Below the pieces are notes generated by a model, which did not search any database, had not been told where the DNA came from, and saw only the letters and a program-made list of their open reading frames with translations. Source: Chitinivibrionales bacterium (GTDB lineage: Bacteria; Fibrobacterota; Chitinivibrionia; Chitinivibrionales; WJKA01). Taken from it: 48,149 nt of DNA. Made by a program: the position numbers and the translations under genes. Location: NCBI GenBank assembly GCA_038247415.1, contig JBBRUX010000030.1:1-48149 (forward strand), given 5' to 3'. Of this stretch, positions 20,324 to 29,565 are shown piece by piece (positions within the stretch are counted from its first letter, which is position 1; each line of letters opens with the position of its first letter).

Positions 20324-21030
20324 AGTCCAAAGTCAAACCATCGAGAAATAACCCAAAGCGTTGAATCGTTAGGATCCCGGTTGAGGATAAAGGTTTGGAG
20401 TCCCAAGTCGAAATCGAGCGGCCCTGAATAGAGATCAGGAGCAAAAATGGTCATACTGCCACCATCGAGATTAAATTCGGCTTGTATCGTATCGTAAACT
20501 TCCTTGATGTAATAGCCAGAGTTTCCCGGTGCTACACCGAGGGTTTCTACGTTTGCTAGAATAGTATAACGAATAGCGCCTTCCACAACGGGTTTAGCTT
20601 TGAATTGCAAATCGTCGATTCCCCCAAAAAGTCTTTCGTGCCTAAGAATTTCTTCATCACGACCCCAATAATAATAGGTACCCGAAGAAATAGATTGAAA
20701 CGCTCCATTTGGAATTATTTCTGATCGCAGTACTGTTCCAGTCTGGATTTTTTCGCTTGCAAAACTCTGCGCCATATAAAATCGGTATGATAATGGATCG
20801 GGAGCATTTTCTGGAGCGAAGAGGGGTTTTAGAAGATCGATATTGCGCTTTTCGTAGGCTATAAAAAGTTGATTGATAAGTCCTGTGGGCGAGATTCGAG
20901 AATTTCCGGCTTCGGTAAGAGGTTTGCCTGTGGGTGGAAGAAAGGGGAAATTACACGAGACTTCGATGAGCAAACACAGCACACAGAGCGCTTGAAAGGC
21001 ATATTTCTTTAAATAATACGATACGCGCAT
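20320..21030 (-). CDS. Hypothetical lipoprotein, possibly NTF2-like fold
   Basis: Likely start ATG 21030 (MRVSYYLKK...LLIEVSC lipobox); AYEKRNIDLLKPLF, WGRDEEI, WVISRW. Confidence 0.6.
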   Translation of the reverse strand: MRVSYYLKKYAFQALCVLCLLIEVSCNFPFLPPTGKPLTEAGNSRISPTGLINQLFIAYEKRNIDLLKPLFAPENAPDPLSYRFYMAQSFASEKIQTGTVLRSEIIPNGAFQSISSGTYYYWGRDEEILRHERLFGGIDDLQFKAKPVVEGAIRYTILANVETLGVAPGNSGYYIKEVYDTIQAEFNLDGGSMTIFAPDLYSGPLDFDLGLQTFILNRDPNDSTLWVISRWFDFGL

Positions 21031-21038
21031 TAAGGCTA

Positions 21039-21605
21039 TTAATGCACTTTTATCGTGTAAAGTGGATGAAAAAATCCCTGAGGAGCTTCGTCTTGCCATT
21101 TTAGGATTGTCCACGTATTTTTTGATTGAGAAAATGCAATATCGATGCGGCAATCTCCGGTATCAGATTGAATCAAAATAGTTGATTGTACATGAGCGCT
21201 GTCAATGGTTATTATATAATGTCGATAAACCTGAAGTGTGTCGTTGCGTGTGAATACCTGCGGATCTGCGCGTGATGATAGTTTAGCCCAATCTACTGTT
21301 ATTGTGTATCTGCTTGCTGGCAGATCGGAAGAAAGACTTGATAGATGTCCTATCATGTCTGATTTTGTAAACTGCCTCCCAATAGCATCGTAGAAGGTAT
21401 AGGCATCGGAAAAAATAGTTTCGTAATCTGTTTTTTGAAATTGTTCTGACGTTCCACCAAGAATAGCACTGAGGGAAAATCGGTCTGCAACAAGTTGCAG
21501 TGGAGCCTCGATAGGATCTGATGGTGTGAAAATAGAACACCCTAAAGAGAATATGCTCGCGATGCACGTTAGCACAAAGGATGCGAATAGATTTTTTGTA
21601 GTCAC
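21039..21605 (-). CDS. Hypothetical lipoprotein, possibly NTF2/DUF4440-like fold
   Basis: Lipobox FSLGC; YETIFSDAYTFYDAIGRQFTKSD, WTILKWQD. Confidence 0.6.
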   Translation of the reverse strand: MTTKNLFASFVLTCIASIFSLGCSIFTPSDPIEAPLQLVADRFSLSAILGGTSEQFQKTDYETIFSDAYTFYDAIGRQFTKSDMIGHLSSLSSDLPASRYTITVDWAKLSSRADPQVFTRNDTLQVYRHYIITIDSAHVQSTILIQSDTGDCRIDIAFSQSKNTWTILKWQDEAPQGFFHPLYTIKVH

Positions 21606-23603
21606 TTAAAAAAACACCTTTGCAGCAATTGAGATATCCCAGAAACTTTCTGAATTCCGATAGAATGTTTTAGCGATGTGTGCGTTGCCAGCAATTTTTT
21701 GCTCCCGTAGAAATACGATGTCAAGAAATGGTGTAATGCGTCGCTGGCCTTGAAGGGCATTGACAACATAGTTGTTACCGTCAAAGATTATAAATTGCGA
21801 AATACCAAGCATTGCTCCACATTCCAGCGACAGCGATGTGCCAATGGTAAATTTTGAAGAGAGCTTGAATTCGTGAATGAAGGATGTGCGGTCGATGGCA
21901 TAAAACCAAGACTTTTGGGTTATGGTTGAGTCGAGCAGGGTATCCACAAACAGCGGATCAAATCGGTAGCCTTCATCCCAAAACGTTTCGTTATTCTGAA
22001 AAAGAAGTGTTGCCCATGGCAGAATGTCGAATGTGGATCCTAATGTGTTGCTTGCGGTTCTCCCATAGGGAAAGTTCGAACGAAAATTATTAGGATTAAT
22101 CATGGGGAAATCGGCCGCAGACATCTTGACATCGGTTGCAATCTGATCGGTTACCAGGAGGTTTGCATGCGGTTTAACAGAAAGAGAGAGACCTAATCGA
22201 TAGATTGAGTTTTTAGTATTTGATGCGCTGTGTTCTTTTTTAAGATAGATCAGATGCGACTGTTCGTACTCTCCTGTAAATTCCGCAGAAACTGCATCAG
22301 AACTGTAGGGAATAATAGAAATTGAATGAACTTGATCGAGCCAATGATTTTCTGATGTGTTGCGAATAGTATCTAGACCAGATTTAAAAAAATTGGGATA
22401 GCGCCTCGTGGCTCTACTAATGCTGAATGTGTATGCGCCACCGGCCCCTGATTGAAAATATTTGCCGATTTTTTGTTTAAACGCTGCGCTATAGCCGTTA
22501 TAATCGTTGTTGTGTATTTTGAGGGAATCGGTATTGTTTGATGTGAGGATTCCCGAAAACTGAATGCCCGGCAACTTTGTTTCCTGTTCAAAAGAAAATC
22601 CAAGTCCTCCTTCGTAAACTAGGGGGGCGCCATCGTCTGATGAGAGCGCCAGAGCAAAAGAAGATTGTGTGTTACGGCGGTCTAAAAGATCGGTTGGCTG
22701 ATCGGGGTAGCGATTTTGATGCAATGAAAACCCGCCAAAAAGAGCAGGAATCAGATGAAATCGCGAAGCTCCTTTGATCCCCCCAAGCCCAGAAATTATA
22801 TGTCCATTGCGTGATGGGGTGTTTACGAAAAGCGATTTCCCATCGGTTGCATCTTCGAGTACGCCATCGTTACCAAGAATAAGGGAGTCGGTAATGCGGA
22901 GTAAAAGAGAATCGCTTGTCCCAAAATCATAGGCTATTAGTGCCGATGCGATGGTTGACAGCAAGTTTGATGTTGACATTCTGCGGCCATACCCGTGCGC
23001 CTGAAAATAAAGAGGGCTCTTGTAAACGGGACGTGATGAATCGCCCAGCGAGAACCAGCCAAACACTCCCTGGTCGTGGTAAAAATTTTGTAATGATGTT
23101 GTTGCTACTTCTGCGGGAAGGTTAAGTCCCCAGGTTCGGCCAGAAAATCCTGCCCGCAGCTCGGCGGGAACCCCTTGATAGTTAATTGAGATAAGTGGGC
23201 CTATATCAAAAGATCCTTGGCTGGATCCGCTAAAATTGCGCCTGTTGTAAACAACCCAGGGGGAATAGGATAGGCCCAGCCGCACAGAAGTATCTTGGGG
23301 CAGTGTATGATAAACGGCTCCCGATGCATCGAGGTACTGATTTAGCATATTGAGGACGCGATCGTAGAAAAGATCGTACCGAACGTTTTGTTCCCAACGT
23401 GTAAGATTTTCAGACTTGACAAGGCTGTAAACATTGGATGATTTAACGGTTTGGCGGTATACGATCTGTTTTGTACTAAGGCTCGTATGTTGTAGGGAAG
23501 AAGCTGTATCCCGCTCTGGTGGCTGCAATTCCTGTGGCCAGGATATATCGAGTGCATAGCCACTCAGTGCGCAGAGCAGCAAAAGCGCCATCGTGCGAAA
23601 CAC
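21606..23603 (-). CDS. Hypothetical outer-membrane beta-barrel protein
   Basis: GTG start overlaps the rsmA TAG (alternative ATG 23591); signal peptide ending SGYA; amphipathic beta-strand pattern; C-terminal DISIAAKVFF. Confidence 0.6.
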   Translation of the reverse strand: MFRTMALLLLCALSGYALDISWPQELQPPERDTASSLQHTSLSTKQIVYRQTVKSSNVYSLVKSENLTRWEQNVRYDLFYDRVLNMLNQYLDASGAVYHTLPQDTSVRLGLSYSPWVVYNRRNFSGSSQGSFDIGPLISINYQGVPAELRAGFSGRTWGLNLPAEVATTSLQNFYHDQGVFGWFSLGDSSRPVYKSPLYFQAHGYGRRMSTSNLLSTIASALIAYDFGTSDSLLLRITDSLILGNDGVLEDATDGKSLFVNTPSRNGHIISGLGGIKGASRFHLIPALFGGFSLHQNRYPDQPTDLLDRRNTQSSFALALSSDDGAPLVYEGGLGFSFEQETKLPGIQFSGILTSNNTDSLKIHNNDYNGYSAAFKQKIGKYFQSGAGGAYTFSISRATRRYPNFFKSGLDTIRNTSENHWLDQVHSISIIPYSSDAVSAEFTGEYEQSHLIYLKKEHSASNTKNSIYRLGLSLSVKPHANLLVTDQIATDVKMSAADFPMINPNNFRSNFPYGRTASNTLGSTFDILPWATLLFQNNETFWDEGYRFDPLFVDTLLDSTITQKSWFYAIDRTSFIHEFKLSSKFTIGTSLSLECGAMLGISQFIIFDGNNYVVNALQGQRRITPFLDIVFLREQKIAGNAHIAKTFYRNSESFWDISIAAKVFF

Positions 23604-24436
23604 TATGCCTGCTCCGATAATGTTTTGTAAAGGGTGCACCACGTGGTCACCCCTAAATCCTCGGGACGAGCTGTGGGGATAATTCCGGCTTTGGCAATAA
23701 CATCGGCAAGAACAGTTTTTGAAAGATTGGGGTATGTTGCACTTAAGTTGTTAAGCAAGGTTTTTCTTCGCATGCGAAATCCGCAATCGACGAGTTCAAA
23801 GAAATCTTCCCACAAATGTTCCGGAATAGGAAAGCTTTGATGCGCAAAGATATTCATCGTGAAAACGGAAGACTCGATTTTTGGCGGAGGAAAAAAAGAT
23901 GCTGGGGGAACATGAAAGAGAATGCGTGGGGATCCAAAAAATTGACAAAATATAGATAGAAAGCCATTCTCTTTGCTATGAGGGGCGGATACAATTCTTT
24001 CGGCAACTTCACGCTGTACCATGCAGGTAACAGAGAGAACGTTTCGTGCCTGTAAGCAGATGTTTTTTAAGATAAAAGCAGCAGCATTATAGGGGAGATT
24101 GCCTACGATATGCACTTTCGTACCGACTGTGCTTATATCAAAGGTACGTGCATCTGCTCGGTGCAGTGTCCAGGCATGCCCCGTTAACTTGGCGCGAAGT
24201 TCTGGAATAACATCGTCATCGATTTCAATGCAATGAAATGATGGAAACCTTTTTTCGATGTGAACGGAGAGTGCTCCTTTGCCCGGGCCAATTTCGATAA
24301 TCTGTTCGTTTGGTTTGGCAGGTATTGCTGCGGCAATATCATGCGCAATATTTTGGGCAATAAGGAAATGTTGACCGAGTCTTTTTTTTGGAGTAGTAGC
24401 CTGGGCAGAGGCGGTCGTTTTGGTCTTTTTTTGCAT
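23603..24436 (-). CDS. rsmA: 16S rRNA m6,2A1518/1519 dimethyltransferase RsmA/KsgA
   Basis: KKRLGQHFL, IEIGPGKGAL, VGNLPYN, MVQREVAERI, FFPPPKIES, RRKTL. Confidence 0.97.
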   Translation of the reverse strand: MQKKTKTTASAQATTPKKRLGQHFLIAQNIAHDIAAAIPAKPNEQIIEIGPGKGALSVHIEKRFPSFHCIEIDDDVIPELRAKLTGHAWTLHRADARTFDISTVGTKVHIVGNLPYNAAAFILKNICLQARNVLSVTCMVQREVAERIVSAPHSKENGFLSIFCQFFGSPRILFHVPPASFFPPPKIESSVFTMNIFAHQSFPIPEHLWEDFFELVDCGFRMRRKTLLNNLSATYPNLSKTVLADVIAKAGIIPTARPEDLGVTTWCTLYKTLSEQA

Positions 24437-24552
24437 AGTATGAATTGACTTGGGATGGCTTACAAATTAGTTTTATCCAATAGAAATTTAGCCCATTGTA
24501 GGCCTCTCTATTCAATATAGCATGCGACACCCACGCAAAAGAAGGAGCACCC

Positions 24553-24966
24553 ATGATTTCTCTTGGCAGGATTTTAATTCTGAGTTTAGGGGTAGCTTTT
24601 TTATGTACAACGTGTCAAAAATCAAAGCCAAAAACGCAAAAGCTTGGCACCGTAACTAAACAGGTGGTAAAGGCCTTCGAAAAACCTACCTTTACTCCTC
24701 CATCTGATTCACTGATTAGACCGGAAGCTCTTAAAAGCTGGATGCTTGTCAATCCAGCACTCGATTCTTTTGCAATCGCTAATCGCGACTCTTTCACGAC
24801 TAAGGATGCCGTGCGCTATCAGGAACGGTTTATGGTAGCTCAGGATAAAATATGCGTACGATACGGTTTAGCGGGTGGCTATGCAGAATATCTTTGGATT
24901 CTTAAAGCTCGGGCAAATCCCCTCAATAAAAAGCTTGTTGCATCAATGACGATATCAGGTGAGTAG
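24553..24966 (+). CDS. Hypothetical lipoprotein
   Basis: AAGGAG ribosome-binding site; signal ending AFLCTTC; divergent from rsmA. Confidence 0.6.
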   Translation: MISLGRILILSLGVAFLCTTCQKSKPKTQKLGTVTKQVVKAFEKPTFTPPSDSLIRPEALKSWMLVNPALDSFAIANRDSFTTKDAVRYQERFMVAQDKICVRYGLAGGYAEYLWILKARANPLNKKLVASMTISGE

Positions 24967-24969
24967 TCG

Positions 24970-25833
24970 CTACTGTCGCTCCCAATAATAGCCGTTGCTT
25001 CTGAATGTGATTGACCCGTGTATAAATGTTGACAGTGTAGTATATCGAAGTGCCCCCAGGAAGTCGAGAACGGATTGAGCCGGATGCCCATATTCATTTG
25101 GCGGCGGCGCACACGAGATAATTGTCCATTGGGGTTGCGAATATCCATAAAAAGTGGGTTCGAGCGCTGAACTTGAGCCATGATGCGGTACTACCAGAAT
25201 ATTTGCTGTTATTTTGTATCCCTTCCTCTTGCCAATTTCCCTCATTGCAATAGAATCTATATCGCCTGTAATCAGCACAGAACAGTCTTTGTGCCTTAAT
25301 TGTGCGCATAGCGAGTACCGGTTTTTCATTTCACTGGATGTTAAGGGATTCTCTGGAATTTCCTCTTTTGGCGGCCAAAGAAAGTGCACAGATACATCTG
25401 CATCAATGCATAGAGAGTCGTCTTCTCCTTTGACAGAAAAGACAATTCGGTTTTTCCAGACTCCCGCCTCGCTGCGGATGAGCGCGGTATCTGCCCCATA
25501 GCCAACCATCACTTTTCCGCTAAAATTTATTAATTCAGGAAGAAGCGATAATCCCCCGCGATGATCTTCATCGGTATGGGAGAGAACAATCATTTGTAGA
25601 GGAGGGGAGCCAAGGGTTAAATAACCTGCATACCACCGATACCATTCGCTTGCCGACCCCATATCCCAGACTATGGCGCTATCGTTGGTGATGCTAATTT
25701 GTGAAAGGCCCTGGCCTACATTGAGAACGGCAAATGATAGATTTTTAGCTGGAGTTCTTGAAGTGGGGGAGCAAGTTATTACCAGTGTCCCGATCAAGCA
25801 GAAAAATGACAACAAGCGCAGAGTGGGGTGCAT
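24970..25833 (-). CDS. ComEC/Rec2-like metallo-beta-lactamase-fold hydrolase (stand-alone, probable lipoprotein)
   Basis: NVGQG, SHTDEDHRGG, LITGD, VPHHGS, YGHP; lipobox VITC. Confidence 0.85.
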   Translation of the reverse strand: MHPTLRLLSFFCLIGTLVITCSPTSRTPAKNLSFAVLNVGQGLSQISITNDSAIVWDMGSASEWYRWYAGYLTLGSPPLQMIVLSHTDEDHRGGLSLLPELINFSGKVMVGYGADTALIRSEAGVWKNRIVFSVKGEDDSLCIDADVSVHFLWPPKEEIPENPLTSSEMKNRYSLCAQLRHKDCSVLITGDIDSIAMREIGKRKGYKITANILVVPHHGSSSALEPTFYGYSQPQWTIISCAPPPNEYGHPAQSVLDFLGALRYTTLSTFIHGSITFRSNGYYWERQ

Positions 25834-26049
25834 GTGGATACTTTGAGAAAATTGTGTAGAAGAGTGTTATGAGAAAAATATACTTGCGACAAGACTGCTC
25901 GCTTCTCTTTTGAGAAACTTCACTTTTCGTTACAGATATTTCGAATTTATAAGTCAACCGAGAGCACTAAAGATAAATGGTCATTTCGGTGTATGCAAAA
26001 TAATGAGACAATTTCAAATCTTTGGTGATGCCTTTGATGTACTTCCCGC

Positions 26050-26667
26050 CTATTTAATCCCTTCAATTAAATATATGGATGGAATGAAAAAGAATGGCGA
26101 GATCCGGATGACATCGCCAATTGTGAAACCGGCTTCTTGCATCATTGTCCGTAAACGATTTTGCGAGAAGTATTGTGCTTTACTTACCGTGAGTCTGACA
26201 AAAACAAGAAAAAGGGCATCGTAGGGATTTTCCAGTGTCGCATGTGCAAGGAATAATCGTCCGTTAGGTTTCAAGTTCGAATACATTTTTTTTAATGCTT
26301 CGGATTTTTTGGGAACATAGGGAAATGCGTTTGTCGATACGATTGCGTCGTATGGCCCATATTCGCCTATTTCGTTGATAGATGCAACATGGTATGCCGT
26401 GTTGTTGACACAATGGCGCTCTTGTGCCGCAGCAATCATGCCCAAGCTTGTATCTATGCCGGTAATTGCGCAGGCGGGATATTCAATGGCAAGTTCGTTC
26501 ACCAGTTCTCCTACGCCGCAGCCGAGGTCGAGGATATTCGTTGGATGCGGTGTTTTCTGCCGGATTTGGGTTCGCACCTCACGCCGAGTGGGCCCTAAAG
26601 CAAAATATTGAGCCCATAATCTCTCGTATTTGTTGGCCCAGAACTCCCAAATTCGTGATGACATCAT
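26050..26667 (-). CDS. Class I SAM-dependent methyltransferase
   Basis: Motif I ILDLGCGVG; GIDTSLGMI, YDAIVS, LKPNGRL. Confidence 0.9.
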   Translation of the reverse strand: MMSSRIWEFWANKYERLWAQYFALGPTRREVRTQIRQKTPHPTNILDLGCGVGELVNELAIEYPACAITGIDTSLGMIAAAQERHCVNNTAYHVASINEIGEYGPYDAIVSTNAFPYVPKKSEALKKMYSNLKPNGRLFLAHATLENPYDALFLVFVRLTVSKAQYFSQNRLRTMMQEAGFTIGDVIRISPFFFIPSIYLIEGIK

Positions 26668-26671
26668 AGTA

Positions 26672-28054
26672 TTATCTCCACCATAGTAATTTCCAAAAAA
26701 ATTCTATTCCTACAACACAATTAATACTGATAATTTGAACGGTCTTACGAAAACCGCAACGATTGATAAGTTTGGCAAGGCTTGCGAAAGTGAGACTTGG
26801 TAGCATATACAAATAGAACAGCCAAAGATAATACCGTAGTGGTGACATATGCTTAGGGCGTTTGTGAAGCCGTAGCAGATCGAATCGCCATAATTGCGAA
26901 GCATGGGTACGCATTACATCGGAAGAATATGATTGTTGACCATAGGCTACTGTCCCAGGAAATAGTGTTTGAGTCGAAAATGTTGCATATTGAATGTGGT
27001 GCTTTTTGATATATCGAGCCAGTGCTCTAAAATTATCTGGTTCCCAGTCTGGATCCACAATGAACAGCGCAAAAAGTTCGATTCCAAAATATTGACATAG
27101 AGCAATAGTGTCGTTGTTTTCTTGTAGTGTTGCATGTTTTGAGACTGCATCAAGGCAATGCGTATCGATATATTCCAATCCGACAATTAATGCCGATAGC
27201 CCAGCCTTAACAAGCTGCCCAATGCAATCACGGTGGTGCGCGACAAAGTGGGCTGTGGCATAAGCAATAAAAGTCTTTTTTATTCCCTGCAAAGCGGTTA
27301 ATTCGGCAAACCGGATAAGCCTTTGCTCGTTAATGCAGAAATTGTCATCAACAATAAAAATCGTCTGGTTTTGTATCCCCGCTATTTCTGTGACAACATC
27401 TTCAATTGGTCGTGCAGCATAGCGACCCCCATTCATTTCACGACAAAAGCAAAAAGTGCATGCCCCGGTGCATCCCCAGGAAGTCTTGATCGAAGCGCAA
27501 TCGAGATAGTGAACAAAAGAGAATTTGTTACTACGATTATTTAGAAGAATCCGTTTGGGGTGGGGGAGAATTAAAGATTGTGGGTCCGCTTCGGCAGCAA
27601 TGATAAATTGGCCATTTCGGTTAAAATATGCCCCAGCCACCGCATAATATGGCTGATGTTGAGCAATACAGTTGACAATTGCTTGAATAGTCTTAAGGTG
27701 ATTGCCAACAACTACGCCATCGATCGAAGGTGCAAAGAAATGATGTGGAACAACTTCGGCATGCGGGCCGCCGATGAAAATTTTTATTTTTGGATACCAC
27801 TTTTTAATGGCAGTAGCATCTTGTAGTGCACAATTGGTTTGAGTAATATATGCAGTGAATAAAACGATATCTGGCTGCAGCGAACGGCATTTTTTTAGCA
27901 AGGTTCGGGTTGATGTATACTGATCTAAAATTGATACATCATAATCTTCCAATGCAGTATACAAATACTCCAATTCTAGGGGTTCGGTTTTCATGAGTCG
28001 ATCGAGCCGAATTGTACCGGGATGGAGGCGGGTTTTTACAATGAGTATGCGCAT
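26672..28054 (-). CDS. Cobalamin-dependent radical SAM protein (HpnR-like), paralog of 29566..30948
   Basis: EPLELE, B12-domain GGPHA, SWGCTGACTFC (CxxxCxxC), FIVDDNF, LFPGT. Confidence 0.9.
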   Translation of the reverse strand: MRILIVKTRLHPGTIRLDRLMKTEPLELEYLYTALEDYDVSILDQYTSTRTLLKKCRSLQPDIVLFTAYITQTNCALQDATAIKKWYPKIKIFIGGPHAEVVPHHFFAPSIDGVVVGNHLKTIQAIVNCIAQHQPYYAVAGAYFNRNGQFIIAAEADPQSLILPHPKRILLNNRSNKFSFVHYLDCASIKTSWGCTGACTFCFCREMNGGRYAARPIEDVVTEIAGIQNQTIFIVDDNFCINEQRLIRFAELTALQGIKKTFIAYATAHFVAHHRDCIGQLVKAGLSALIVGLEYIDTHCLDAVSKHATLQENNDTIALCQYFGIELFALFIVDPDWEPDNFRALARYIKKHHIQYATFSTQTLFPGTVAYGQQSYSSDVMRTHASQLWRFDLLRLHKRPKHMSPLRYYLWLFYLYMLPSLTFASLAKLINRCGFRKTVQIISINCVVGIEFFWKLLWWR

Positions 28055-28152
28055 CGTTTTGTTGTTTCGTATTCGAAATATTTACAAAGCAATATTATTG
28101 CAGATTGAAAAATTGAATCTTGGCAATAATCTCGAATTGACTTTTGCATAGG

Positions 28153-29475
28153 TTAAAAAATGTTAGGTGGAATATGCCGGCGAATATATCGCCGATAATG
28201 CAAATTGACAAAAAAAGCAAACAGAAGCACTAATGGTCGTCTCAAGAACAATGGATGCAAAAGGGTGCGATACAGTATACTCCCAATACTGAAAATTCTT
28301 TCATTGAGTTGCCAATAGGCCTGTGTGAGTTGTTCGGCACTCATGTGTTTGGGCTTAAAAACACAGGTAGTTCCGGTATAGAGTTCGAAGTCTGTTGTCA
28401 GCAGACGATTCTGCTCTTTAAACTCATCGAATAACCGCGTTCCTGGCATTGGGGTAAGGAGGTAAAACCGGGGAATGGGAATCCGGGTTGAATGGATAAA
28501 ATCACCGGTTGCTTTGATACTTGCAAGCGTATCGCCGTCGGTACCCAGCATCATTTCGGAGCTTACCACAATTCCTGCTTTTGTAATGGTTTTGATAGAT
28601 TGTTGATGATTGTCAACGCGCAGCCATTTTTTATCCAATGCGTCAAGCCCTTCCTGAGAAATGCTTTCGACCCCAAAACTCATCATAGTGGCTCCGGCGG
28701 CCCGGACTTTTTTAAGTAAATGAGGGTAACGCGATAATTCCAGCGAACATTGGGTCGCCCACGACATGTTGAGCGGTTTGATGGAATCACACAATTCTTC
28801 GAGGTATTGGGGGCGGGAGACGATGTTGTCGTCAATTAAATAGAATCGTCTGATTCCAAGACTGCGAATTGCTTTGATATCACGAAGTACTTCAGGTATG
28901 GGTCGGGTCAGATATTTGCCTTTATATAAACAGGCAATCGAGCAAAAACTGCAGGTATGTGGACATCCGCGACCCGCTTGCACGGGAAGCATTCCGTTTA
29001 TCTTTTTATTAGTAAGGATATCGTAGCGAGGTAGGGGCAATCCTTCTAGAGACTGAATCGGATTGTTATATATCTTCTGTAAACGTCCGGTCAGCTCAAA
29101 ATCATTAAGCATCATGGGATATGAGAGTTCGGCGTCCCCAATAATTACCGAATCAACATGTTTGCTTGCCTGCGAAACCATAATCGATGCCATATATCCA
29201 CCCATAACAACGCATTTGCCACGTTTACGGAACTCGTGTGCAATGTCAATTGCCCGAAATGTTGCATGGCCCATTGAACCTATCCCGATGATGTCGGCAT
29301 CGGATTCGAAATCGACCTCTTCAATAACTTCAAGCGTAACCTGGACACGCCAATGCGAGGGCGTCATGGCCGCCAGAAGAGGGAATACAAGACCGGGCAA
29401 ATGAAGTCGTTTCTGTTTGCACAAGGTATGATCGGGGGCGTATTGGGTTGGCTGTATAAAGTAGATTTTTGGCAT
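28153..29475 (-). CDS. Cobalamin-dependent radical SAM protein (BchE/HpnP-like class)
   Basis: LAAMTP, VVMGGYMAS, VIIGDAE, RGCPHTCSFC, LIDDNI, FGVES, LTPMPGT. Confidence 0.92.
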   Translation of the reverse strand: MPKIYFIQPTQYAPDHTLCKQKRLHLPGLVFPLLAAMTPSHWRVQVTLEVIEEVDFESDADIIGIGSMGHATFRAIDIAHEFRKRGKCVVMGGYMASIMVSQASKHVDSVIIGDAELSYPMMLNDFELTGRLQKIYNNPIQSLEGLPLPRYDILTNKKINGMLPVQAGRGCPHTCSFCSIACLYKGKYLTRPIPEVLRDIKAIRSLGIRRFYLIDDNIVSRPQYLEELCDSIKPLNMSWATQCSLELSRYPHLLKKVRAAGATMMSFGVESISQEGLDALDKKWLRVDNHQQSIKTITKAGIVVSSEMMLGTDGDTLASIKATGDFIHSTRIPIPRFYLLTPMPGTRLFDEFKEQNRLLTTDFELYTGTTCVFKPKHMSAEQLTQAYWQLNERIFSIGSILYRTLLHPLFLRRPLVLLFAFFVNLHYRRYIRRHIPPNIF

Positions 29476-29565
29476 AAGAAGATGATTCTATTTGACTGAG
29501 TACACTATAATTGACTGTTACAAAATAACGCTAAAAATCTAATGAATGCTTCCTACAATCCGAGA

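Noticed and set aside
25745..26224. Short ORFs near the cluster end as RiPP precursor peptides for the radical SAM enzymes
   Set aside because: They overlap real genes or lie antisense, lack a ribosome-binding site and a leader/core pattern, and no peptidase, RRE or transporter is present
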